From the NCBI GenBank assembly GCA_031414535.1, contig JANNVQ010000043.1, positions 1 through 64,000 of the forward strand: 64,000 nucleotides of DNA, in the 5' to 3' direction. Under the pieces are notes generated by a model. That model ran no database searches and was not told where the DNA came from. It was given only the letters and a program-made list of their open reading frames with translations. Source of the stretch: Gemmatimonas sp. (GTDB lineage Bacteria > Gemmatimonadota > Gemmatimonadetes > Gemmatimonadales > Gemmatimonadaceae). The position numbers and the translations under genes are program-made. How positions within the stretch are numbered: position 1 is the first letter of the stretch; every line of letters begins with the position of its first letter. Positions 38,500-48,200 of this stretch are shown in pieces.

Positions 38500-40344
38500 A
38501 TGCGAATGTTTTTCGCGGCCGCGGGACTGGCGCTCGTCGCCAGCTCGGCCGATGCACAAACAGATTTCTATAACACCGATCGCGGACGCCCGCTCACGGT
38601 GGAAGATGCGACGGTGATTGAACGCCGCGCGATTGAGCTGCAAGCGGTGCCCTTGCGCGTGCAACGCGCCGGCCCCGGCATGACGAGTTGGGGCATTGCG
38701 CCAGAGTTGGCCTTCGGGCTGCTCCCGCGCACCCAGCTCGAGTTCTCGGTCCCGATTCGGTTTATGGATGCGGGCGCGCTCGGCTCGCGCACCGCAGGTG
38801 CGGCGGGGTTCGAGATTGAGATGCTGCATCAGCTGAACACGGAGACGCAGCTGTTTCCAGCCTTGGCGCTCGGTGCCGGTGCGCATCTGCCTGGCGGTCC
38901 CTTTGGGCCGGCTCGCACACTGACGACGCTGCGAGCCTTGGCCACACGCACCATGCCTTGGGGCCGCGTACACCTGAATGCCTCGTATTCGCCTGGCGAT
39001 GCACTCGCCGTGACGGAGAGTGGCAGCGATGAGCCGCGGTGGCTGGGAGGTATCGCGCTCGACCGCACCCTGCCGCTGCGCCAGATACTCATCGGTGTAG
39101 ACCTCACGGCCGAGGAGTCGCTGCTCGACGACGGCGAGATCACGTGGCGCTCGAGCCTAGGACTGCGGCGTCAGGTGTCTTCGCGCGTGGCGATGGATGC
39201 CGGCGTATTCCGTCGCATTTCCGGCGGAACTCCCGATTGGGGATTCACAGTAGGCGGCGCTTACGCCTTTGCGCGTCCGCTACGGACGGCGCCACGCGCC
39301 GTTGGCGTGCAGGTGCGTCCCGCTGCTTCGCAGTGGAGCACGGTGTACGAGCAATTCCCGCTGCAGGCGTCGCACAACTTCTACTTCCGTCGCCACTATC
39401 CCGCGGCGGACCGGATGTTTAACGCCTTCGACTACGGCCACGCGATCCTCTACGAGATGCTGTGGACGCGGCCAGAGCAGGCGGTGGCGCTGCTGGAGCA
39501 GAGGGAATACGAAAATCTTACGGCTCGCGTGCTCAACCAACCGCCGCGCTTGCCGGCCGTTGAAGACGCGATTGAGCCGATGTATGCGCGCCTCGCGCCC
39601 GAAGCCAAGACGATGTTCGAATGGGCGCATGTTCTACATCGTCAGGTCTACGATGTGCTGTCCGACGAGCGCTTGAGCCAGGCTCAGAAGGACTCGGCCA
39701 TGGTTTTGCTCGAGCACTACTATTTCTCGCGTCGCGATCTTGCCTTCAGCCGTCAGCCGAAGTCCATGGCGCTCATGCAGGAGCAGCCGTATTCGCTCGC
39801 CTTCCGGAAGAACTTTCCCAAGTTCAACGGACTGATCTGGGCCTACCACTGGCTGCAGGTGGGTCTCTACGAGCCGCTGATGGTCGGCAACACGGTGGTG
39901 GAGCGTCAGGCTGGCGTGGCCGCGACGGTGGCGCGCTTCCGTCAAATGACGGTGGACGGGCCGAATAACTATCCCGTGGTGATGCCGATGACGGCGGCCA
40001 TTGCGCCGACGTTCGCCAAGCGCTATCCGACGATTGCCATCGTGTTTGACAACCTGCACTCGCTGCACGATGTCATCTCGGACATCCTCGCCAATCCTGA
40101 TGTGCCGCGGGACCAAAAGCGCGCCGAGATCCTGAAGGCGGCATCGGCCTACCGCGATGATACCACCGAAGTCATGACGGTGGCGGGTTGGTTACGGATG
40201 ACCGAGATGATGGGCATTCACAATCAGGGCGGCCCCTCGGTGGGCTTCTTCTCGGCGCTACCCACCCCCACCGTGCCGCGTGGTTTTGTGATGCGGCACG
40301 ACAAGGACGGGAATCCGATCGGCGAACACGATCACCACGAGTAG
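38500..40344 (+). CDS. Fusion of an outer-membrane beta-barrel and a His/Met-rich helical domain
   Basis: Signal peptide; amphipathic strands ending FTVGGAYAF; then YGH, WAHVLH, YHWLQ and NLHSLHD motifs; C-terminal HDHHE. Confidence 0.7.
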   Translation: MRMFFAAAGLALVASSADAQTDFYNTDRGRPLTVEDATVIERRAIELQAVPLRVQRAGPGMTSWGIAPELAFGLLPRTQLEFSVPIRFMDAGALGSRTAGAAGFEIEMLHQLNTETQLFPALALGAGAHLPGGPFGPARTLTTLRALATRTMPWGRVHLNASYSPGDALAVTESGSDEPRWLGGIALDRTLPLRQILIGVDLTAEESLLDDGEITWRSSLGLRRQVSSRVAMDAGVFRRISGGTPDWGFTVGGAYAFARPLRTAPRAVGVQVRPAASQWSTVYEQFPLQASHNFYFRRHYPAADRMFNAFDYGHAILYEMLWTRPEQAVALLEQREYENLTARVLNQPPRLPAVEDAIEPMYARLAPEAKTMFEWAHVLHRQVYDVLSDERLSQAQKDSAMVLLEHYYFSRRDLAFSRQPKSMALMQEQPYSLAFRKNFPKFNGLIWAYHWLQVGLYEPLMVGNTVVERQAGVAATVARFRQMTVDGPNNYPVVMPMTAAIAPTFAKRYPTIAIVFDNLHSLHDVISDILANPDVPRDQKRAEILKAASAYRDDTTEVMTVAGWLRMTEMMGIHNQGGPSVGFFSALPTPTVPRGFVMRHDKDGNPIGEHDHHE

Positions 40345-40372
40345 GTCCGGTGGTGTACCGCCGCGCGGCCCC

Positions 40373-41494
40373 TCAGTATTCGCGGAACATCCGCTGAATC
40401 TCGAGTGGGTCGCGCGTGCGGGTGAGGGCGAGCATCAACAGGATACGGGCCTTCTGCGGCGTGAGATGTTGGACGCCGATGATTGGCGGTGCGGCGCGTT
40501 CGAGGGCTCTCACCGAATCGTCCGGTGTGACCGGGGGGCGCGCCGAGTCGCTTGCGGTGCTTGGTGTTCTTGGCGCGGCGATGTTGTCGCCCGAGGGAAA
40601 GGCGCTCACCAACACCACGCCGCGTGTGCGCAGGTTGCGATACGCGGTGGCTTCTGCAGGTGTGAAGCCGGTGCTCGTGACGACAATGCCGCCCGGAAGC
40701 GTGTCGAAGCTGGGGCCCGTACCGCCCGGATACGCGACCGTCAGCGCCACCGCAGGCAGCGAATCAAAGGCGCTAACATCGAACTCGCTCTCTTTTCCGC
40801 GGCGACGCGTCGGGGCGAAGAAGAACTCCGGACCGCCGCTACCGACCACGCCGAGCATGCCCATGTCGCCACCGTCAAAGCCGCCCACGCGCTGGTAGTG
40901 CTTGCGCGCTTCGCGTGCGGAGAGGATGCGATCATCCATCACGACGAGTACGCCTTTGGCCACAGCCTGCGGCGAGGCCACGGTGCGCACGGCTGCGAGC
41001 AAGTTCATGGGGCCATCGGGGCTGATGCCCGTTGCCGGCCGCTGTGCGCCAACCACCACGACGGGCTTCTCCGAACGCACCGTGAGGTACAGGAAAAACG
41101 CTGTTTCCTCCAGACGATCCGTGCCGTGGGTCACCACCACGCCCGCCAAATCGCCGCGCGTGCGCAGGACCTCGTTGATCCGGCGCGAGAGCTCAATCCA
41201 CTGCCGCGGGGTGATGAGGGTGCTCGCGACGTTGGAGAATTGCTCCGTTTCTACGCGGGCGTGCCGCGAGAGTTCGGGGACTGATGCAATGATCTGTTCG
41301 GCCGTGAGTGTGCCGGGCCGATAGTCGCCAAGCGTGCCGGGCGCTGCCTGCACGCCTGCAATGGTGCCGCCAGTGGCAATCACTAGAACCTTCGGCAGGC
41401 TGCTGGTGTCGGGCAGGGACTGCGCGCGCGCACAGGAGGAAGCGGCAACGACGAAGCCAAAGGCAAGGAGGGCAGAGCGCGACACAGTGGGCAT
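40373..41494 (-). CDS. Secreted (type II) L-asparaginase
   Basis: ATGGTIAG, THGTD, GAQRP and KARILL. Confidence 0.9.
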   Translation of the reverse strand: MPTVSRSALLAFGFVVAASSCARAQSLPDTSSLPKVLVIATGGTIAGVQAAPGTLGDYRPGTLTAEQIIASVPELSRHARVETEQFSNVASTLITPRQWIELSRRINEVLRTRGDLAGVVVTHGTDRLEETAFFLYLTVRSEKPVVVVGAQRPATGISPDGPMNLLAAVRTVASPQAVAKGVLVVMDDRILSAREARKHYQRVGGFDGGDMGMLGVVGSGGPEFFFAPTRRRGKESEFDVSAFDSLPAVALTVAYPGGTGPSFDTLPGGIVVTSTGFTPAEATAYRNLRTRGVVLVSAFPSGDNIAAPRTPSTASDSARPPVTPDDSVRALERAAPPIIGVQHLTPQKARILLMLALTRTRDPLEIQRMFREY

Positions 41495-41612
41495 CGAATG
41501 GGGGCTGGGGACTTGCGCGACCCATCAATATAGAAGGGGTAGGGGATTCCCTGAGGCAAAATCCACCTATGCTTTATGGCCCCCGACCACCCCACGAGGC
41601 AGTCTTCAACTC

Positions 41613-42272
41613 ATGAGCGACGACCTAATCCGTGTAATTCTTGCCGACGACCATAGTGTTGTCCGCGCCGGGCTCAAAGCAGTGCTGGGCGCGGCGAAGG
41701 ATATGCACGTCGTGGGTGAAGCCTCCAGTGGCCCAGAGGCGGTAGCCTTGGCAGAGCGCCTCAAGCCGCACGTGGTGGTGATGGACCTTTCCATCGGCGA
41801 GGTGGATGGCGGGCAGGCCACCAAGATGCTGATTGAGAAGGGCATCCCCTCGAAGGTGCTCATTCTCACGATGCACCCCGAGGAGGAGTTCCTGGTGCCA
41901 ATGCTCGAGGCCGGCGCGAGCGGATTCCTCCCCAAGACGGCGCCAGACCGCGAGCTCTTGGATGCCGTGCGCACCGTTGCCCGGGGCGAGATCTACGTGC
42001 GGGCCGAGGCGGCGCGCATCCTCGCCAAGGGGTACCAGCGCAAGGATCCGATGCACGAGGATCGCACGCGGTACGAGAAGCTCACGGAGCGGGAGCGCGA
42101 TGTGCTCCGGCTGACGGCGCAGGGCTACTCCGCCCCGGAAATTGGCGAGCGCTTGTTCATCTCGCCCAAGACCGTGGATACCTACAAGCAGCGTATCCAG
42201 GACAAGCTCGGCCTGAGCCATCGTCACGAGTACGTACAATTCGCGCTGCGTCTGGGATTGTTGCACGCCTAG
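41613..42272 (+). CDS. NarL/LuxR family response regulator
   Basis: LADDH, MDL, LTERERDVL and ISPKTVDTY. Confidence 0.92.
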   Translation: MSDDLIRVILADDHSVVRAGLKAVLGAAKDMHVVGEASSGPEAVALAERLKPHVVVMDLSIGEVDGGQATKMLIEKGIPSKVLILTMHPEEEFLVPMLEAGASGFLPKTAPDRELLDAVRTVARGEIYVRAEAARILAKGYQRKDPMHEDRTRYEKLTERERDVLRLTAQGYSAPEIGERLFISPKTVDTYKQRIQDKLGLSHRHEYVQFALRLGLLHA

Positions 42273-42306
42273 TCCTGTTGAGTCCGGGCGGGCATATTCC
42301 GCGCTG

Positions 42307-44148
42307 ATGCTCAGCACTCAGTCCAAACTGCGCTACATCGTGGGCGCGGGCGTATCAGCGCTCGTGGTGCTCGGGGGTATTGCGCTCTCGGCCACGCGTC
42401 GCGTTGTCGCGGAAGGCGTGGACGACCCTACCCTGCGCCTCGCGCAGGCCTTGGTCATCCTCCTCATCATTCTTGCGGTGGTGCTCGCGTGGTTTGCTTA
42501 TGCAAGCTTGCACGACGACATCGCGCGGCGCCTCTCGGCGGAGGAGGCGCTTCGCGCATCAGAGGCAAAGTTGTCCGGCATTCTCGAGATCGCGGCGGAC
42601 GCCATCATCTCGGTGGACGAGCGCCAGTACATCGTGCGCTACAATCACGGCGCCGAGCGCATCTTTGGCTGGAGCGCCCACGAGGTGCTGGGGCAAAAGT
42701 TGAGCGTATTGCTTCCCGAGCGGTACCGCGCGGGGCACGCGCAGTCCATGCAAGGCTTCGGCAACAGCAGCCAGAACGCACGGCAGATGGGCGCGCGCAG
42801 CGTCATTTCCGGCCTGCGGAAAGACGGGTTGGAGTTTCCCGCCGAAGCGTCCATTTCCAAGCTGGCGCTCCCGTCTGGAGAGCAGCTCTACACCGTGCTG
42901 CTGCGCGACGTGACCGAACGCCGAGAACGCGAGATGGCCCAGAAGCTGCTCACGCACGCGGTTGCGGAGCTTGGTGAGACCTTGGATGTGGCGGAGACGG
43001 AGAAGAGCATCGTCGAGTTGCCGCTGGCGTGGCTCGCTGACGGCGCGGTCCTCGATGTGTTCACCGGAGGTCCGCAGCTGCGCCGCGTGACCGCCAGGCC
43101 GAAGCAACCTGAGTTGGCGGACGCACTGGTCAAGTTGGAGCGCTTGGCCATTGATATGGACTCGCCTTCACGCGTTGTGGACGTAATTCGACGCGGGGTG
43201 GCGGAGCACATGCCGGATGTTACGGACGAGTGGCTGGAGGCACATAGCAGTTCGCCCGAGGAGTTGGTGCAATCTCGCGCCCTAAATATCGGATCCGTGC
43301 TCTTGCTGCCGTTGGTGGCGCGTGAGCACGTACTTGGCGTGCTGTCCATCTTCCGGCTCCGACCCGCACGACCCTTCAGCGAGTCCGACCAAGAGATTGC
43401 TCGGGAGTTGGCCTTACGTGCGGCCTTCGCACTCGACAACGCACGCCTCTACGAGACGGCGCAGCAGGCGACCATCGCGCGCGATCACGCGCTTGGCGTG
43501 GTCTCCCACGATTTGCGGAATCCCATCTCGGCCATCGGCATGTGCGCGCGAGCCCTCTTGGCGGCGACCTCGGCTGAGGACACGGAGCGACGCGGCCTCG
43601 TCACCACGATTGTGGACTCCACCGAGCTCACACAGCGCATGATTCGTGACTTGCTGGACGTGGCGAGCATCGAGGTTGGCCGACTCGCCATTGAGCGTCG
43701 GCAGGTGGCGATTGCGCCCGTGCTCGCGCGCGCCATCGAGTTGTTTCGTCGCGAGGCCACGGAGCGCGGTGTCACGCTTCGGCTCGCGAACATCGCGGTG
43801 TTGCCTGAGGTGATGGGCGATGAGCATCGTCTGGTGCAAGTGCTCGCCAATCTGTTGGGCAACGCCATGCGGTTTACGGAGCGTGGCGGCGAGGTGAGCG
43901 TGGGTGCCGTGAAAACCAGCGGCTTCTTGGAAATCAGTGTGCATGATACGGGCTCAGGCATCCCCGCCAGCGAGCTGCCGCGCATCTTTGACCGCTTCTG
44001 GAGCGTGCGGCGCAATGCTCCCAAGGGCGGCACGGGCCTCGGCCTCGCCATCGCGCGCGGTATCATTGAGGCCCACGGCGGGCGACTGTGGGCGGAGAGC
44101 GAAGTGGGGAAGGGCAGTACCTTCCGCTTTACCGTCCCCGTCGGCTGA
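42307..44148 (+). CDS. Membrane PAS-GAF sensor histidine kinase
   Basis: Two TM segments, PAS (GLRKDG..FPAE), GAF, SHDLRNP and GGTGLGL. Confidence 0.9.
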   Translation: MLSTQSKLRYIVGAGVSALVVLGGIALSATRRVVAEGVDDPTLRLAQALVILLIILAVVLAWFAYASLHDDIARRLSAEEALRASEAKLSGILEIAADAIISVDERQYIVRYNHGAERIFGWSAHEVLGQKLSVLLPERYRAGHAQSMQGFGNSSQNARQMGARSVISGLRKDGLEFPAEASISKLALPSGEQLYTVLLRDVTERREREMAQKLLTHAVAELGETLDVAETEKSIVELPLAWLADGAVLDVFTGGPQLRRVTARPKQPELADALVKLERLAIDMDSPSRVVDVIRRGVAEHMPDVTDEWLEAHSSSPEELVQSRALNIGSVLLLPLVAREHVLGVLSIFRLRPARPFSESDQEIARELALRAAFALDNARLYETAQQATIARDHALGVVSHDLRNPISAIGMCARALLAATSAEDTERRGLVTTIVDSTELTQRMIRDLLDVASIEVGRLAIERRQVAIAPVLARAIELFRREATERGVTLRLANIAVLPEVMGDEHRLVQVLANLLGNAMRFTERGGEVSVGAVKTSGFLEISVHDTGSGIPASELPRIFDRFWSVRRNAPKGGTGLGLAIARGIIEAHGGRLWAESEVGKGSTFRFTVPVG

Positions 44149-45286
44149 GCACTTCGCGGTAGGACGCGTCGAGGCGGTCCATCTCGTGTTCCCAAGTGCG
44201 GCGCTCTGACCATTTGCGCGCGCCATCTCTCAAGGTGAGCTGGAGCGCGCGGTCCGCCACGAGCCGTTGCATTGCCGACGCGCAGGCTGCGGCATCCATG
44301 GCCGGGAAGGCCAGTCCGTTCTCGCCGTCGCGTAGGTTGTCTGCTACGCCACCCGCTGGTGTCGCGATGACGGGCAAGCCCGCGGCCATTGCCTCAAGCA
44401 CCACGAGGCCCAGGGTTTCGGTTGTACTGGCAAACAAGAACGCGTCCGCACTGGCGTAGAGCGCTGGAAGTTCGCGCTGCCGGTCGAGGTTACCGAGGAA
44501 GGTGACGTTGCGTGGCGCGCGTTCACGCAGGCCGGCGAGACTCGGCCCAGCGCCCGCCACCACGAGCTTCACGGCATCAGGACCCAAGGCCTTCTCAACC
44601 AGCGCGAAGGCGTTCAGGAGTACATCAATACCCTTCTCTGGTGCGAGCCGTCCGACGTGGAGGAAGGTGAAGGCGTTGCCGAGCGAAAGGCGCTGACGCA
44701 GCGCGAGGGACCGCTTGGAGGGATGAAACAGCACGTCGTCCACGCCGCGCCCCCAGACTTCTACATCCTTCAGGCCAAGTTCTATCAGGTCGTCGCGTGA
44801 CGGATCTGAGGGCGTGAAGATGCGCGCACCATTCGCGTGGAAGCGGCGAATCCAGCGCTGGACGGTCCCGCGCATAAACGGCACACCGTACGACTCCGTG
44901 TATTTCGCGAAGTCCGTGTGGTACGACGTGGTCACGGTTATGCCTCGGTGCATCGCGGCGCTCTGGCCCATGCGACCAATCACAAACTCGGTCGCCGAGT
45001 GTACGACGTCGGGTTGGAAGCGTTCGATGACATCGCGCACGGTGCTGCGTGCTGGAGCCGCGAGGCGAATGTCGCTGTATCCCGGGAGTGGAACGGAGGG
45101 AATGCTGGTGAGTTGATCTTGCATCAGCTCCGGCGCGAACACCACCTGATGGCTCTCGGGATATTTGGGCGCGATGACCTCAACGTCCCAGCCGCGTGCG
45201 CGCAAACCTTGAACGGAGAGGGCCGTCACGACGCTCACGCCATTGACCTGCGGCGGATAGGTGTCGGTGCAAAAGAGTATTCGCAT
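44129..45286 (-). CDS. GT4 glycosyltransferase
   Basis: TDTYPPQVNGV, SYHTDF, VGRLAPEK and ETLGLVVLEAMA. Confidence 0.9.
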   Translation of the reverse strand: MRILFCTDTYPPQVNGVSVVTALSVQGLRARGWDVEVIAPKYPESHQVVFAPELMQDQLTSIPSVPLPGYSDIRLAAPARSTVRDVIERFQPDVVHSATEFVIGRMGQSAAMHRGITVTTSYHTDFAKYTESYGVPFMRGTVQRWIRRFHANGARIFTPSDPSRDDLIELGLKDVEVWGRGVDDVLFHPSKRSLALRQRLSLGNAFTFLHVGRLAPEKGIDVLLNAFALVEKALGPDAVKLVVAGAGPSLAGLRERAPRNVTFLGNLDRQRELPALYASADAFLFASTTETLGLVVLEAMAAGLPVIATPAGGVADNLRDGENGLAFPAMDAAACASAMQRLVADRALQLTLRDGARKWSERRTWEHEMDRLDASYREVLSRRGR

Positions 45287-45383
45287 GATGGGCGGGAACT
45301 TCAGGGCCAATCGTCACCGCTGTGTGACGGAGACGCAACAATACGGAGGGCCAGTTGTGGCACAGGAGGGCAATCATCAGCAC

Positions 45384-46268
45384 GTGACTGATTGCGCGCT
45401 TCCTCCACTCGAGGTCCCCGTGCTCCGAGAGACCCCCGTCCGTCGTGTCGTGCTCGTCGTGCTCGATGGCTTGCGTCCGGACGCGATTCCGCGCTTCGCG
45501 TTGCCACACCTCGCCGCGCTCGCTCACCGCTCGGCCTACACCATGCTGGGTCGCACGGTTTCCCCAAGTGTGACGGCCTGCGCCATGGCTTCGCTGCTCA
45601 CCGGCGCCGCGCCGGAGCGGCACGGATTACAGAGCGATCGCTTTCAAATGCCCAAGTCGCGAGGGCAACTGCACCCGCTCCCGCGCGTATTGGCGGAACA
45701 CGGACTGCAGAGCTCCGCCTACCTCGCGGCCATGCCGTTGCTGTTCACCGGCGTCGCCAAGCGCATGGCGGCCAGGCTGGGACTCGGGACCACGGGATTC
45801 CGTGGCCGCGGCTGCGATGAGATTCTCACGGCGGCGAGGCCTTCGCTGCGTGAACAGAAGGATGGCTTGGTACTCTTGCACTGGCCCGATGCCGACCGTG
45901 CCGGTCACGCACACGGGTGGATGACTGAGCAATACGCCGACGCCACTTGGCGTATGGATGCGACGATGGGTCTGCTCATGCGCGAGCTTGACCTCACTGA
46001 TCCTGGCACGCTCTTAATCGCGCTTGCCGATCATGGCGGCGGTGGCGCAGTTGCTACGCATCACAACTCGTCCCACCCGCTGGATACCACGATTCCCATC
46101 TTCGTGGCAGGCGCTGCGGTACGGCGCGGTGAGATGGCGCCGGGCGCCTCTCTACTGGATGTGCCGGCGACCATATGCTGGGCACTCGGGTTGCCGCTGC
46201 CAGAGAGTTATGCGGGACGGCCACTCACGTCGGCGTTTGCGCCACCGCCGCTGGTTGTTGCCGCCTGA
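45384..46268 (+). CDS. Alkaline-phosphatase-superfamily phosphodiesterase
   Basis: VLDGLRPD, PSVT, DRAGH and ADHGG; start codon uncertain. Confidence 0.8.
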   Translation: MTDCALPPLEVPVLRETPVRRVVLVVLDGLRPDAIPRFALPHLAALAHRSAYTMLGRTVSPSVTACAMASLLTGAAPERHGLQSDRFQMPKSRGQLHPLPRVLAEHGLQSSAYLAAMPLLFTGVAKRMAARLGLGTTGFRGRGCDEILTAARPSLREQKDGLVLLHWPDADRAGHAHGWMTEQYADATWRMDATMGLLMRELDLTDPGTLLIALADHGGGGAVATHHNSSHPLDTTIPIFVAGAAVRRGEMAPGASLLDVPATICWALGLPLPESYAGRPLTSAFAPPPLVVAA

Positions 46269-46338
46269 TTGGCCCGTTACAGCTTCGTTTCCGCACCGAC
46301 AGTTCACCGCGACAGGACTTCGAGAGACTACACTCACG

Positions 46339-46869
46339 ATGACGCCCGCTTCGCTGATCACCCGACTCGATGCCCGCGACCGCGCACTCTTCCTGCGCTG
46401 GGTCATCGGAGATCGTACGCCCCGCCGCGTGATGCGCGCGTGGACCCTGCTGACCCACGTTGGCGGTGCACGCGTGACGATTCTCGCGGTGCTGCTGCCG
46501 ATTATCTTCGCGCCAGCGGCATTGCAGCTCGTGTCCATCAAGGCGGCGTGGGCACTGACACTTTCGCATCTTGTGGTGCAGATCATCAAGCGCCGCGTAC
46601 TGCGCGAACGTCCCTCGGTGCGGGTGACGGCCTCCACGCACGTGGAAGTCCCGGATAAGTTCTCGTTCCCGAGCGGACATAGCTGCTCGGTGATGAGCGT
46701 GGCCTTTGTGTACGCCATCGCCTACCCGGCATTCGCCCTGCCGATGCTGATGCTCTCCGGTCTCGTCGGTTGGTCACGCGTGCGACTCGGCGTGCACTAC
46801 CCCGGTGATGTGCTGGCCGGACAGGCCATTGCCATCGGTACGGGACTACTGCTTCTCGGGACCTGGTGA
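46339..46869 (+). CDS. PAP2 lipid phosphatase
   Basis: K...RERP, SFPSGH and SRVRLGVHYPGDV. Confidence 0.9.
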   Translation: MTPASLITRLDARDRALFLRWVIGDRTPRRVMRAWTLLTHVGGARVTILAVLLPIIFAPAALQLVSIKAAWALTLSHLVVQIIKRRVLRERPSVRVTASTHVEVPDKFSFPSGHSCSVMSVAFVYAIAYPAFALPMLMLSGLVGWSRVRLGVHYPGDVLAGQAIAIGTGLLLLGTW

Positions 46870-48041
46870 CGTCGGCCGCTTCTGCGAGCACGCGTGCCCT
46901 CGCTGGACTGCGTCTCGCCCTCTTCACGGATACCTACAGCCCTCAGGTGAACGGCGTCGCCCGTACCTTGGAGCGACTCGTGCACGCGGTGGAAGCGCGG
47001 GGCGGTGTGGTGCGCGTGGAGACCGTTGAAGATCCGGCAGCCGCACCCGCTGCAGGGGAACGACGCTGGTCGAGTGCGCCCTTCTGGGCGTATCCGCAGT
47101 TACGGATTGCAGCGCCCACCAGGAGCGCCGTGCTCGACGGACTGCGTGAGTTCCGTCCGACACTCGTACACGCGGCGACGCCGTTTGGTGTGGGCCTCGC
47201 GGGGCGGAAGGCCGCGCGCGCACTCGGTGTGCCGCTTGTGACGTCGTATCACACCTCGTTCACCGAGTATCTGCGGCACTACAAGCTGAGCGCGCTCGAC
47301 GCCGTGGCGTGGCCCTTCCTCCGCTGGTTCCATAACTCAGGCGAGCGGACCTTCGCGCCGTCGCGGATGGTGGCCGATGATCTCAGCGCGCGCGACTTCA
47401 ATGCGGTGCGCGTGTGGGGACGCGGTGTGGATTCGTTGCGATTCCATCCAAGATTTCGCTCCGGCGAGATGCGGGCGGCGATGGGCGCCACTGAGCGCGA
47501 TCTCGTGGTGGCCTATGTGGGGCGTCTCGCGCCGGAGAAGGGCATTCACGTCGCGCTCGAAGGGTTGAAGACAGTGGTGTCCGCGGATAGGCGCGTGCGT
47601 GTAGCCATCGCCGGCGATGGTCCGGACGAAGCCCGTTGCCGCGCGATGGCACCAACAGGTACGTGGTTCGCGGGTTCGCTGCGCGGGGAAGCGCTTTCGC
47701 AGTTTTATGCTTCCGCCGATCTCTTCGTGTTTCCGTCCACAACGGAGACCTTCGGAAACGTGGTGCTGGAGGCGATGTCCTCTGGCCTCCCCATAGTTGC
47801 CCCGGATGTTGGTGCCACACTCGAACTCGCGAACGCGCGCACGGCGGAACTCTTCCGTGGCGGTGTTGCGGGATCCTTGGCGGCAGCTGCGCTTCGACTG
47901 CTCGACGATGCGGCTCGGCGTGAAGCACTCCGCCAAGCCGGGCTTCAAGTTGCCGCCGCGCGCACATGGGACGCAGTCTGGGATGAACTCTTCGCGCAGT
48001 ACACCGAGGTGCTCGCCAGCAGCACAGCTCGCGCTGCCTGA
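46866..48041 (+). CDS. GT4 glycosyltransferase (paralog of 44129-45286)
   Basis: TDTYSPQVNGV, SYHTSF, VGRLAPEK and ETFGNVVLEAM. Confidence 0.9.
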   Translation: MTSAASASTRALAGLRLALFTDTYSPQVNGVARTLERLVHAVEARGGVVRVETVEDPAAAPAAGERRWSSAPFWAYPQLRIAAPTRSAVLDGLREFRPTLVHAATPFGVGLAGRKAARALGVPLVTSYHTSFTEYLRHYKLSALDAVAWPFLRWFHNSGERTFAPSRMVADDLSARDFNAVRVWGRGVDSLRFHPRFRSGEMRAAMGATERDLVVAYVGRLAPEKGIHVALEGLKTVVSADRRVRVAIAGDGPDEARCRAMAPTGTWFAGSLRGEALSQFYASADLFVFPSTTETFGNVVLEAMSSGLPIVAPDVGATLELANARTAELFRGGVAGSLAAAALRLLDDAARREALRQAGLQVAAARTWDAVWDELFAQYTEVLASSTARAA

Positions 48042-48046
48042 TGCTA

Positions 48047-48062
48047 TGTGATGTAAGTCACA
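48047..48062. promoter_or_regulatory. CRP-family box TGTGA-TGTAAG-TCACA
   Basis: Exact TGTGA-N6-TCACA consensus in the intergenic region upstream of the MltD-like gene. Confidence 0.7.
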
Positions 48063-48200
48063 CAAAACCTGGTGTCTTGTCCCCCATCGAAATCGTCCCA
48101 TAGGGTAGCCCACGGCTGGAACCGGCCAGATATTGCGTCGGTGCAGCAGTTGGCAAACCCGCGGAGTCGCCGGCGGGTCTATCCCCCGATGGGAACGCGA

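Noticed and set aside
37941..40344. Integrative element inserted at tRNA-Lys
   Set aside because: No integrase and no duplicated tRNA 3' end were seen downstream
48151..48200. c-di-GMP-I riboswitch (GGCAAAC start) upstream of the MltD-like gene
   Set aside because: It lacks the GNRA tetraloop and the downstream GACGCAAAGC element
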